In this document: in pieces, positions 7,645-14,600 of the stretch
Layout: every line of letters begins with the position of its first letter
Numbering within the stretch: position 1 is the first letter of the stretch
UHGV virus genome: UHGV-0201016
Origin: a virus
Direction: 5' to 3' (one strand)
Length of the DNA stretch: 14,600 nucleotides
The notes under the pieces: generated by a model
The model's input: the letters and a program-made list of their open reading frames with translations, nothing else
The model's database searches: none
What the model was told of the DNA's origin: nothing
Program-made: the position numbers and the translations under genes

Positions 7645-9927
7645 CTACCACTCACGCTGTCTGTCAAAAAAGTCGATATCGTTATCAAATTTAAAACGCT
7701 TATGCCCAAAATCCAAAACAGCTCCGCGAGCGAGAGCTTCAAGCTCCCAATAACTAGCCTGAATGTCACTTTGTGCAAGAAGAACCTTAATTTTCGGGAT
7801 AGTCTTTCTCTCCTGTCTTGTCAACCGGGCGGATGGGGCAGGAAAGTAGCTTCGACCATTGAAAGGGGTAAAGCTCTGCTGTGAACGATTACTGCATTTC
7901 AGTTCATTACTCAATAAGTCTCTAAGTACCTTCATAATGCCTGGCTCGGTCCAACTTAGAATCCCTTCATCTATTAAATTTAACACCGCTGCAGCATGCT
8001 CAGTCGGTGTGGGTGCCGGTAACGAAGTATCACCACCGTTGAGCTTTCCACAGTTATTGACAGGACTCCGAGGCGCGGCGATGCCGCTTTTTAAAGTCAA
8101 AGGCTCAACGACCGGAACTTTCGGCACAATGCGCCAGTCCGTCGTTCTGGTGATATGAATATGACGCGCGCCGAGATGCGGCGCGTAAATGCCGACCACT
8201 CTCTCGACTTCTTCCTCGTACTCGTTAACTTCATCCGACGGGCTACGGGCGACTCTGACAGTCTGACAATCGCGCGGAACATTTGCCCCACCCTGCGCGC
8301 TGATATACAACGCAAAATCACCACTGTCTGCGGCGGCGCGTGCAGCCTCGACGCGCTCGTCAAACTCATCAGCAATGCTGACGCCGCGCGGCAATTTGCG
8401 TAGTTCACGGTAAGCCCCCATTGTCGGCAGGCCAACCGTTTTAAATTGCGGGATGCGCCACGTTGACGCCCATGCGGTAACAGCCGCTGCAGTGTCTTTC
8501 AGCGGCCTGCCGGTGTCGTTATCGAGCTGACCATCCAGTGCATAGCCGTCGATGTTTTTTGAAATGTATTTCGCGATATATCCCGCAGCACCGCCCCGGT
8601 TAAGGTGTTTTGCCTGAAAACGGTTTCGCGCGGCTCCTCTTTCGTCGCCATCCTCTTTGAGCGCATAGCGACGCATGATTTCGATAATCTGGTTACGCTG
8701 GCGTGAATTACAAAAAAGCATCATATGCCAGTGCGGCGTTCCGTCGTGGTGTGGCTCGACGACACGCAAACCGTAGACCTGTAAATCATTATCCTTGAAT
8801 GCCGTGCGCATCAGGCTCCAGATACGGCAGAGATAACGCTGCGCATCCTTTGGATTAAATGCCTCATCGTTCCAGCCGTGATTAAGCTGCACGGTTTTAC
8901 TTTCGCCTTTTCCTACCTGACGTGTCGGGTGATACTTTGACGGCGCGGTCAGCGTGATAAACATCCCCACATCACCCTCTGCAGCGGCGTAACGCTCAAT
9001 ACCGGCAATGGTGTTCATCAGCTCCATCCGGCGAATTTCAGGATTAGAAATACTGCCCATCACCTTACTGATAAGGTCGATGCGCTCGCCGGTTTCCCTG
9101 TTTTCAAGGTCACACGATTTAAGAAATTCCAGATTTGCCTGGCGGCGCGCACGCACATCACGAATGGCGTGTTTACTGGCATAAGGAGAACGGTCTTTAT
9201 TGACCTCCCCGACAGCTATTAGTAACGCTTCATGCCAGCGCATACGCTGGCCTTTAAGCTGATGAGTCCACCACTCATCGTTAAACAGACGGGCAATGGC
9301 AGAATATGCCTGCCTCGTGGTCATCTGCCCTTTACGGTATTTTTTCCAGTAGAGCGGGGAAATATTGAAAGCACGTGCAGCGCCAGCAACATGACCATAG
9401 AGGTGAGCCTGCGCCTCATCCGTAAACAGCGATTCTTTTTCGCCATGCGCATCCACCCAGGCATCGCTGAGTTCCTCATACATCATGAAAAGCTGCGATG
9501 AGATACGGGCAGCAAACTTTTTCAGCTCCTTGTCATTCATTCCCGGCAGGCGCGCATAGTGGTCACGCTCTGCCAGAAACAGTAACGACGCGTCGGTGTT
9601 CATTTCATGGCGCTGATTCACACGCTCAATGCGCGGCCATAAACGACGCTGAAAAGTGGATGTGAGGAAATAAAACCCGTGCACCGGGCTTTTATTGCGC
9701 CGGATGTAGTCATAGCGTGAAGTAAACAGCGAGCGCAAAAAGTAAGGCAGGCGGTTAATCGTGGATAAAACACCTTGCACCTGATGCATCTCGTCACGTG
9801 TAAGGGGTCTTTCGCGCCCGACGGCCTCGCGTGGCGCGTTCCATGCATAAGCACCGGTAAACGCCTTACCGGTGCCTGCAGCAAATGCTGACGGAGGGAC
9901 AAAACGCCCGGAGGCTTTAACGGCCAT
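7645..9927 (-). CDS. A: Replication initiation protein, P2 gpA-like HUH rolling-circle endonuclease (761 aa from ATG at 9927)
   Basis: HUH motif PHWHMMLF and tyrosine motif GYIAKYISK are visible. The track ORF begins at TTG 9969; the first ATG is at 9927, giving 761 aa, the recalled length of P2 A. Confidence 0.85.
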   Translation of the reverse strand: MAVKASGRFVPPSAFAAGTGKAFTGAYAWNAPREAVGRERPLTRDEMHQVQGVLSTINRLPYFLRSLFTSRYDYIRRNKSPVHGFYFLTSTFQRRLWPRIERVNQRHEMNTDASLLFLAERDHYARLPGMNDKELKKFAARISSQLFMMYEELSDAWVDAHGEKESLFTDEAQAHLYGHVAGAARAFNISPLYWKKYRKGQMTTRQAYSAIARLFNDEWWTHQLKGQRMRWHEALLIAVGEVNKDRSPYASKHAIRDVRARRQANLEFLKSCDLENRETGERIDLISKVMGSISNPEIRRMELMNTIAGIERYAAAEGDVGMFITLTAPSKYHPTRQVGKGESKTVQLNHGWNDEAFNPKDAQRYLCRIWSLMRTAFKDNDLQVYGLRVVEPHHDGTPHWHMMLFCNSRQRNQIIEIMRRYALKEDGDERGAARNRFQAKHLNRGGAAGYIAKYISKNIDGYALDGQLDNDTGRPLKDTAAAVTAWASTWRIPQFKTVGLPTMGAYRELRKLPRGVSIADEFDERVEAARAAADSGDFALYISAQGGANVPRDCQTVRVARSPSDEVNEYEEEVERVVGIYAPHLGARHIHITRTTDWRIVPKVPVVEPLTLKSGIAAPRSPVNNCGKLNGGDTSLPAPTPTEHAAAVLNLIDEGILSWTEPGIMKVLRDLLSNELKCSNRSQQSFTPFNGRSYFPAPSARLTRQERKTIPKIKVLLAQSDIQASYWELEALARGAVLDFGHKRFKFDNDIDFFDRQREW

Positions 9928-10192
9928 ATGAGCCAAAAGCCTCTGAACAACGCCTGCTGAGTTGCTCAACCTGCGCGTTTAAATCAGCAAAAGACTTTGC
10001 GCTTCCGGTCAGAATATCGTGATGCATCAGGCCGGAAACGAGCTGGCTTAATTTCGGATAATAACCAACCACCGCCAGCCATTCCTGACCGGCGTTTTTA
10101 CCGCTTTCCGCTCTCTTTTTCTCGTGGAGAATAAACTGAAAGCTGTCACTGGTAACGACATAACGTTCGCCAATTTCAATACGAATACTCAT
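9917..10192 (-). CDS. Hypothetical early protein (P2 orf83-like position)
   Basis: 91-aa ORF in the chain of start/stop-overlapping genes between B and A; no motif recognised. Confidence 0.55.
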   Translation of the reverse strand: MSIRIEIGERYVVTSDSFQFILHEKKRAESGKNAGQEWLAVVGYYPKLSQLVSGLMHHDILTGSAKSFADLNAQVEQLSRRCSEAFGSYGR

Positions 10193-10413
10193 GCCGTTCT
10201 CCGGTAATGTTTGTTTTTTGCTTCAAAGACTGACTGGCAGGAAACACAACGCGTGGCTGACGGATAAGCCGCACGACGGGCAGCAGGTATTGGCGCGTCA
10301 CACTCTTCGCAAACCAGCGCAGAAGCACCGCAATGTTTTACCCTTGCCGCGTTAATCTGACGCTCCAGTAATTCAGCCTGTTGTTCCTGAATAAAATCTA
10401 CGTTGTCCGGCAT
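10189..10413 (-). CDS. TraR/DksA-family C4 zinc-finger protein (P2 orf82-like position)
   Basis: 74 aa with CEEC-x17-CVSC (Cys-x2-Cys-x17-Cys-x2-Cys) and a preceding helical segment, as in F-plasmid TraR. Confidence 0.75.
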   Translation of the reverse strand: MPDNVDFIQEQQAELLERQINAARVKHCGASALVCEECDAPIPAARRAAYPSATRCVSCQSVFEAKNKHYRRTA

Positions 10414-10718
10414 TACCAGCTCCTTTTGTCGTTAAGTTTTTTAAATTCATCAGCGCAATAGCTAGCAATTTCTGTCGTTAATTTCGTCAGTTCATCCACG
10501 GAGGAGATTTGCTTGTGAAATACAGCGCGTTTAACAAGTAAATTGACCACATCAGACAGGAGATTTAATTCGTTCTGATAAATCGCGATAACAGACTCAG
10601 TTATTTCGCGTTTTTCTTTATCAAGACCAAGTTGAATAAGAGATAAATCGCCATTTTTCATAACAGCGATTTTTAAGGCGTTATTCAGTAATACAACTGG
10701 ATGAGAACAGGACATCAA
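10413..10718 (-). CDS. Hypothetical early protein (P2 orf81-like position)
   Basis: 101-aa ORF; stop overlaps the next start; no motif recognised. Confidence 0.55.
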   Translation of the reverse strand: MMSCSHPVVLLNNALKIAVMKNGDLSLIQLGLDKEKREITESVIAIYQNELNLLSDVVNLLVKRAVFHKQISSVDELTKLTTEIASYCADEFKKLNDKRSW

Positions 10719-10939
10719 AGCACCTCCCCGCGAGATAATCCGATATTGTGAAATTTTTCCGACTCCTGACTGAGCAGCTCGACTATCTCCACGCGGGATA
10801 ACTCCGCCTTTGTGATGTGGCGAATCATGGCGTCAAGATGAGAAGAAAAGCGCGTCGCTGCGTCGGCCTGTGCTTCGGTTCTGGCCTGTTGCAGCAGTAA
10901 TGCGTATTTACCGCACTGATTTTCAGAAACTGTATGCAT
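10715..10939 (-). CDS. Hypothetical early protein (P2 orf80-like position)
   Basis: 74-aa ORF with ATG at 10939 and 4-nt overlap with the downstream gene. Confidence 0.55.
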   Translation of the reverse strand: MHTVSENQCGKYALLLQQARTEAQADAATRFSSHLDAMIRHITKAELSRVEIVELLSQESEKFHNIGLSRGEVL

Positions 10940-11002
10940 GACTTTCTCCAGGCAAAAAGAAGCCCCGCACGATTAAGTGCGTTAAAAACTCTGGTTAATT
11001 AC

Positions 11003-11503
11003 TTAATGCAGATATTGCTCTGGTTTTACCGACGTCAGAATTGTCGGTGCATACTCAAACAGACTGAATAATTCACGTAACGCACGGAATAAAGCATCAC
11101 GCCAGTAACATGACTCTTCATTAATTCGCCAGTATGGCTGGTTGAATTCTTTTTCAGTCAATCCGGCATGCATAAATAAAGTACGGCGCTGACTGACAGT
11201 TAAAAAGCTAATATATGCATACTCACTTGCACCGACCTGACGGCGTTTTGAGAATGCCCCACGCAGTTCATCAATTGCACAAACCAGCCGTTCACGTTCG
11301 ACGTCGTTCATTTCTTCAAAACGCATCGTTGCGTGACGCTGTTTTAACTGCGCATGGAAGCAAACCGTTAGCCGTTCACGTTCCATCATCTGATTATAAT
11401 AATCGCATGTATCCTGCCAGCGAGGGACGGCCAGATGCTTACCAATTATCCGGCGCATAGCTGCTGGCTGTTTTTCAACAAGATTGAGCGTCATCACTGT
11501 CAT
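11003..11503 (-). CDS. B: Replication protein, P2 gpB-like (166 aa)
   Basis: Complete 166-aa ORF in the position and with the length of P2 B, between the orf78-like ORF and the small ORF cluster. Confidence 0.7.
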   Translation of the reverse strand: MTVMTLNLVEKQPAAMRRIIGKHLAVPRWQDTCDYYNQMMERERLTVCFHAQLKQRHATMRFEEMNDVERERLVCAIDELRGAFSKRRQVGASEYAYISFLTVSQRRTLFMHAGLTEKEFNQPYWRINEESCYWRDALFRALRELFSLFEYAPTILTSVKPEQYLH

Positions 11504-11736
11504 TTCCAGACCCTCCGGCTTTTCAGAAAGGTCAGAGCCTTATTTAACGGACTCTGTTTTTTGGTGCGGATAATGATTCCCTTACGCCCCTTACCGTGGG
11601 TAATGGTGAAGTCAATCGCCCTTGGGCTTTCGTTACGCAATAACTGAGCAATACAACGAGGCTCGTTCATCCTTTCCACCTTAAGCCGCACGGCCATGTC
11701 TTGATTTGCTGTAACTAATGCGATTTTTCCAGTCAT
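11500..11736 (-). CDS. Hypothetical protein (P2 orf78-like), start uncertain
   Basis: The track ORF starts at 11760; the internal Met at 11736 gives 78 aa and less overlap with the upstream gene; 4-nt overlap with the B start. Confidence 0.45.
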   Translation of the reverse strand: MTGKIALVTANQDMAVRLKVERMNEPRCIAQLLRNESPRAIDFTITHGKGRKGIIIRTKKQSPLNKALTFLKSRRVWK

Positions 11737-12037
11737 GCCATTCTGTCGGAGCTTCATCAACTAGCTGGGCTGCGTACTTGTCCCACTCACGGCGATTAAT
11801 CCATAACTCAGCATGACCGCCCGGCTTTAATGGGTCCGTCATATAAAAGGCTGGTAACTTGCCTGCTTTCGCCATTTCAGCAACAGCGCGAGGCGTCTTA
11901 CCGATGTAAAGAGCAAAACCCTCTTTCGAGAGCAAATCCGACGGTGCGGCTGCAAGTTTGATGTCACATTTTTTACTTTTTGTGAGATCAGATACTTTTT
12001 CTCCAACATCGTTATTCATTTCTGATCCAATACTCAT
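11681..12037 (-). CDS. cox: Cox-like excisionase / early-promoter regulator (HTH), start uncertain
   Basis: HTH-like segment FALYIGKTPRAVAEMAKAGKLPAFYMTDP resembles the P2 Cox / 186 Apl family. The track start is TTG at 12067; ATG at 12037 has GAGG 8 nt upstream. Confidence 0.6.
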   Translation of the reverse strand: MSIGSEMNNDVGEKVSDLTKSKKCDIKLAAAPSDLLSKEGFALYIGKTPRAVAEMAKAGKLPAFYMTDPLKPGGHAELWINRREWDKYAAQLVDEAPTEWHDWKNRISYSKSRHGRAA

Positions 12038-12141
12038 TTTGATATCCTCAACTTTGGTGCCATTCAACCAGAGCTATTTGAAGCCGCTCTGCGTTGTTCT
12101 GGTGTGTCGCATACAACATAAATTACGAGATACGACAATTC
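12038..12141. promoter_or_regulatory. Immunity switch region between divergent cox-like and C-repressor genes (expected site of early and repressor promoters and operators)
   Basis: 104-bp intergenic region between divergent regulators. Only weak sigma70-like hexamers (for example TTGTTC-N17-CATAAA toward C) could be picked out by eye; no element is resolved. Confidence 0.35.
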
Positions 12142-12453
12142 ATGTCAAATACACAAATCACATCTCAAGCAGAGAAACTCGCACTTATTCGGGAATCAGA
12201 AAGAATGACAAGGAAGCAAGTTGCTGAATTAACTGGAATTAACTACAACACCTATGCTGGATATGAGCAGGGAAAAGTAAAGATGTCTTTTGACGCAGGT
12301 ATGAAATTTTTCAAGCCAGAAAGATTTCGCAAGTACCGTGACTGGTTCATGTTTGATGAAACTGATCCCGCTGGCGGACAAATAGCCCCGGCGCTCGCGC
12401 ACATTGGGCAAGACTCAACAACCTTGCACCACTCAGACCAAAAGACTGGCTGA
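12142..12453 (+). CDS. C: Immunity repressor, P2 C-type (Xre-like HTH), 103 aa
   Basis: HTH segment RKQVAELTGINYNTYAGYEQGK. The track start at 12094 is TTG; the first ATG (12142) gives about 100 aa, as for P2 C. It lies upstream of and co-oriented with int, as in P2. Confidence 0.75.
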   Translation: MSNTQITSQAEKLALIRESERMTRKQVAELTGINYNTYAGYEQGKVKMSFDAGMKFFKPERFRKYRDWFMFDETDPAGGQIAPALAHIGQDSTTLHHSDQKTG

Positions 12454-12546
12454 CGATTTATTCAGCATATGTGTGCAGTAAATGTACGAAAGAAAATTGC
12501 ATTAATTTTCAAGTAGTAGAAGTAAACAGCGTCATCGGAGGGCTTT

Positions 12547-13542
12547 ATGTCTATTAAAAAGCTCGATGATGGTCGTTATGAAGTGGACGTCAGACCGCAG
12601 GGTGCAGATGGAAAACGTATCAGGCGGAAATTTAAAACTAAAGGTGAAGCTCAAGCATTCGAACGTCATGTGCTGGTTAACTACCACAACAAAGAGTGGC
12701 TGGAGAAGCCAGCCGACCGCCGAACTCTTACAGAGTTGTTAGGCAGATGGTGGATATATCACGGAAAATCACATGAGCGTGGAAATATTGAACGGGGGCG
12801 TTTGACGACAATAATCGCCAAATTTGCAGAAATGGGAGTGTCCAGAGCTGACCAGTTAACAAAGAAAACGATAACTGATTATCGAGTTGTAATGATGAAC
12901 GATGGTCTAAAACCAGCCAGCGTAAATCGGCATCTGGCAATAATGAGCGGGATGTTCACCAAGTTAATTGACGCCGGTGAATACCACTCTCACAACCCGT
13001 TCCGTGAGGTTAAGCGGTTACGTGAAGCTGTTACAGAAATGGCTTTTTTGTCCAGTGAAGAGATTACGCGGCTGTTATCCATGCTTGATGGTGATGAGTT
13101 AAATGCAACTCTGGTCTGCCTTTCTACTGGTGGACGCTGGAGTGAAGTGTCTAATTTGAAAGCTGAACACATCATTAACCAGATGGTTACGTTTATGAAA
13201 ACTAAAAACGGAAAGCGCAGGACAATTCCCGTTTCGCAGGACCTGATTAAAAGGATCAAGACCAAAAATTCAGGCAGGCTTTTTAATGCCAGTTACTACA
13301 AAGTGCGTAACGCTCTCAGGGAAGTAAAACCCGATTTACCTGACGGACAAGCAGTACATGTTTTGAGGCATACATTTGCCACACATTTTATAATGAATGG
13401 AGGTAACATAATCACATTGCAGCGCATCCTGGGTCATTCTAACATTCAGCAAACTATGACCTACGCACACTTTGCACCGGATTTCTTACAAGATGCTGTG
13501 ACTCTTAACCCGGTGTCAGGAATGTCCATAATGCGTCCATAA
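12547..13542 (+). CDS. int: Tyrosine integrase, P2 Int family (331 aa)
   Basis: GGAGGG lies 5 nt upstream of the ATG. Catalytic-box motifs HVLRHTFATHF and TMTYAHF are present; the N-terminus MSIKKLDDGRYEVDVRP is typical of P2/186 integrases. Confidence 0.9.
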   Translation: MSIKKLDDGRYEVDVRPQGADGKRIRRKFKTKGEAQAFERHVLVNYHNKEWLEKPADRRTLTELLGRWWIYHGKSHERGNIERGRLTTIIAKFAEMGVSRADQLTKKTITDYRVVMMNDGLKPASVNRHLAIMSGMFTKLIDAGEYHSHNPFREVKRLREAVTEMAFLSSEEITRLLSMLDGDELNATLVCLSTGGRWSEVSNLKAEHIINQMVTFMKTKNGKRRTIPVSQDLIKRIKTKNSGRLFNASYYKVRNALREVKPDLPDGQAVHVLRHTFATHFIMNGGNIITLQRILGHSNIQQTMTYAHFAPDFLQDAVTLNPVSGMSIMRP

Positions 13543-13630
13543 ACCAGAGTTAACTAGAGCCAATTGAAGCGATATGAGTAATTTAACTAATTGTAATACA
13601 ACAGAAAATACCGCTACGGCGGGGGCTACC
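13543..13630. other. attR junction region (phage/host boundary), core not resolved
   Basis: This 88-bp interval separates the int stop from the first codon with recognisable PflA homology. The P2 attP core is not present, so the element has a different site specificity. Confidence 0.35.
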
Positions 13631-14371
13631 AAGTCAGTTATTGGTCGCATTCACTCCTTTGAATCCTGTGGAACCGTAGACGGCCCAGGTATTCGCTTTA
13701 TCACCTTTTTCCAGGGCTGCCTGATGCGCTGCCTGTATTGTCATAACCGCGACACCTGGGACACGCATGGCGGTAAAGAAGTTACCGTTGAAGATTTGAT
13801 GAAGGAAGTGGTGACCTATCGCCACTTTATGAACGCTTCCGGCGGCGGCGTTACCGCATCCGGCGGTGAAGCAATCCTGCAAGCTGAGTTTGTTCGTGAC
13901 TGGTTCCGCGCCTGCAAAAAAGAAGGCATTCATACCTGTCTGGACACCAACGGTTTTGTTCGTCGTTACGATCCGGTGATTGATGAACTGCTGGAAGTAA
14001 CCGACCTGGTAATGCTCGATCTCAAACAGATGAACGACGAGATCCACCAAAATCTGGTTGGAGTTTCCAACCACCGCACGCTGGAGTTCGCTAAATATCT
14101 GGCGAACAAAAATGTGAAGGTGTGGATCCGCTACGTTGTTGTCCCAGGCTGGTCTGACGATGACGATTCAGCGCATCGCCTCGGTGAATTTACCCGTGAT
14201 ATGGGCAACGTTGAGAAAATCGAGCTTCTCCCCTACCACGAGCTGGGCAAACACAAATGGGTGGCAATGGGTGAAGAGTACAAACTCGACGGTGTTAAAC
14301 CACCGAAGAAAGAGACCATGGAACGCGTGAAAGGCATTCTTGAGCAGTACGGTCATAAGGTAATGTTCTAA
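13574..14371 (+). CDS. pflA: Pyruvate formate-lyase activating enzyme (glycyl-radical activase, radical SAM) with a 19-codon N-terminal extension; canonical start position is AAG
   Basis: CLMRCLYC radical-SAM cluster motif; residues 21-265 match E. coli PflA (246 aa, [14 protein letters not shown]...) as recalled. Codon 13631-13633 is AAG where ATG is expected, and the only in-frame start is ATG at 13574. Confidence 0.85.
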   Translation: MSNLTNCNTTENTATAGATKSVIGRIHSFESCGTVDGPGIRFITFFQGCLMRCLYCHNRDTWDTHGGKEVTVEDLMKEVVTYRHFMNASGGGVTASGGEAILQAEFVRDWFRACKKEGIHTCLDTNGFVRRYDPVIDELLEVTDLVMLDLKQMNDEIHQNLVGVSNHRTLEFAKYLANKNVKVWIRYVVVPGWSDDDDSAHRLGEFTRDMGNVEKIELLPYHELGKHKWVAMGEEYKLDGVKPPKKETMERVKGILEQYGHKVMF

Positions 14372-14383
14372 TTTCCCCGTAAA

Positions 14384-14413
14384 GCGGCAACTTTATTGAG
14401 TTGCCGCTTTTTT
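14384..14413 (+). terminator. Rho-independent terminator downstream of pflA
   Basis: GCGGCAAC (14384-14391), 8-nt loop, GTTGCCGC (14400-14407), then TTTTTT (14408-14413). Confidence 0.6.
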
Positions 14414-14452
14414 ATTCCGCGCTTCATTCTGCTACAGCGTTTTTAACACATC

Positions 14453-14600
14453 TTATAGTGCATCTACCATATCCCGTACCTGAGATAATAACGACTGATA
14501 ATAGCTCGCGTGAAGTTCTTCCCCATCGAATACCACTGTATTACACAAGAAAGTGACATCGGCATCTTCAATACCAAGATAACTGCACATATTTTTTAAA
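14453..14600 (-). CDS. 3' end (48 codons) of a host gene convergent with pflA; product not identified
   Basis: Minus-strand frame is open from the window end to the TAA at 14455-14453 (...NMCSYLGIEDADVTFLCNTVVFDGEELHASYYQSLLSQVRDMVDAL*); protein-like composition; start lies outside the window. Confidence 0.4.
   Translation of the reverse strand, partial: LKNMCSYLGIEDADVTFLCNTVVFDGEELHASYYQSLLSQVRDMVDAL

Larger units (their letters stand above)
1..13630. mobile_element. Defective P2-family prophage (tail, packaging, cargo, replication, immunity and integration modules); attR end at right, other end beyond window start
   Basis: Gene content and order match a P2-like prophage read in reverse: H, I on minus; P-fragment, Q on plus; cos; A, B, cox on minus; C, int on plus; then host pflA. 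Capsid, lysis and baseplate genes are absent. Confidence 0.85.

Noticed and set aside
7386-9950. ORFs 7386-7583 (+), 7702-7884 (+), 7859-8158 (+), 8097-8435 (-), 8155-8403 (+), 9232-9501 (+), 9618-9950 (-)
   Set aside because: Overlap the hydrolase gene or gene A in other frames; the long coherent frame with HUH and Tyr motifs is gene A.
10966-10981. Hairpin CGCAC-N6-GTGCG between B and the next small ORF, as a possible terminator
   Set aside because: Only a 5-bp stem and the T-run is not adjacent; too weak to call.
11215-11647. ORFs 11215-11460 (+) and 11435-11647 (+)
   Set aside because: Antisense to B and the orf78-like gene.
11958-12411. ORFs 11958-12227 (+) and 12229-12411 (-)
   Set aside because: Overlap the Cox-like and C genes in the wrong strand.
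12728-13265. ORFs 12728-12940 (-) and 12990-13265 (-)
   Set aside because: Antisense inside the integrase gene.
13543-13630. tRNA gene or P2-type attP core at the integration junction
   Set aside because: No tRNA-like structure and no P2 attP core seen by eye; the att core cannot be delimited without a reference attB.
13634-14356. ORFs 13634-14074 (-), 14136-14330 (+), 14168-14356 (-)
   Set aside because: Shadow ORFs inside pflA.
1-14600. CRISPR array, rRNA, IS element or transposase
   Set aside because: No short direct repeats with spacers, no rRNA-like region and no transposase-like ORF or terminal inverted repeats were seen.

Overview
The window is a defective P2-family prophage, in reverse orientation relative to the P2 virion map, ending at an attR junction beside the host pflA gene. 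Its most interesting content is a ~3.7-kb AT-rich three-gene operon (3866-7555, minus strand) sitting between cos and replication gene A, the slot where P2 carries tin/old. The operon encodes a Ser-Asp-His alpha/beta-hydrolase fusion protein, a 170-aa protein, and a 656-aa SMC/Rad50-like ABC ATPase with a central CxxC motif. I read this as a candidate anti-phage system with Lamassu / ABC-3C-like architecture, but family membership cannot be confirmed without profile searches. Left to right the window holds: the 5' 946 nt of a tail-fibre gene (gpH-like, minus strand) with 132-bp tandem repeats; gpI-like; a deletion junction that removed the baseplate-lysis-capsid module and left only about the 3' half of the terminase gene (gpP-like); an intact portal gene (gpQ-like); a terminator; a 19-nt P2-type cos sequence; the cargo operon; gene A (HUH rolling-circle initiator); four small early ORFs including a TraR/DksA-type zinc finger; B; an orf78-like ORF; a Cox-like gene; a divergent C-type repressor; a tyrosine integrase; then pflA, whose canonical ATG position reads AAG so the ORF only opens from an ATG 19 codons upstream; a terminator; and the 3' end of a convergent host gene. 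All protein-family assignments rest on motifs read by eye and on recalled family knowledge; no database search was run.
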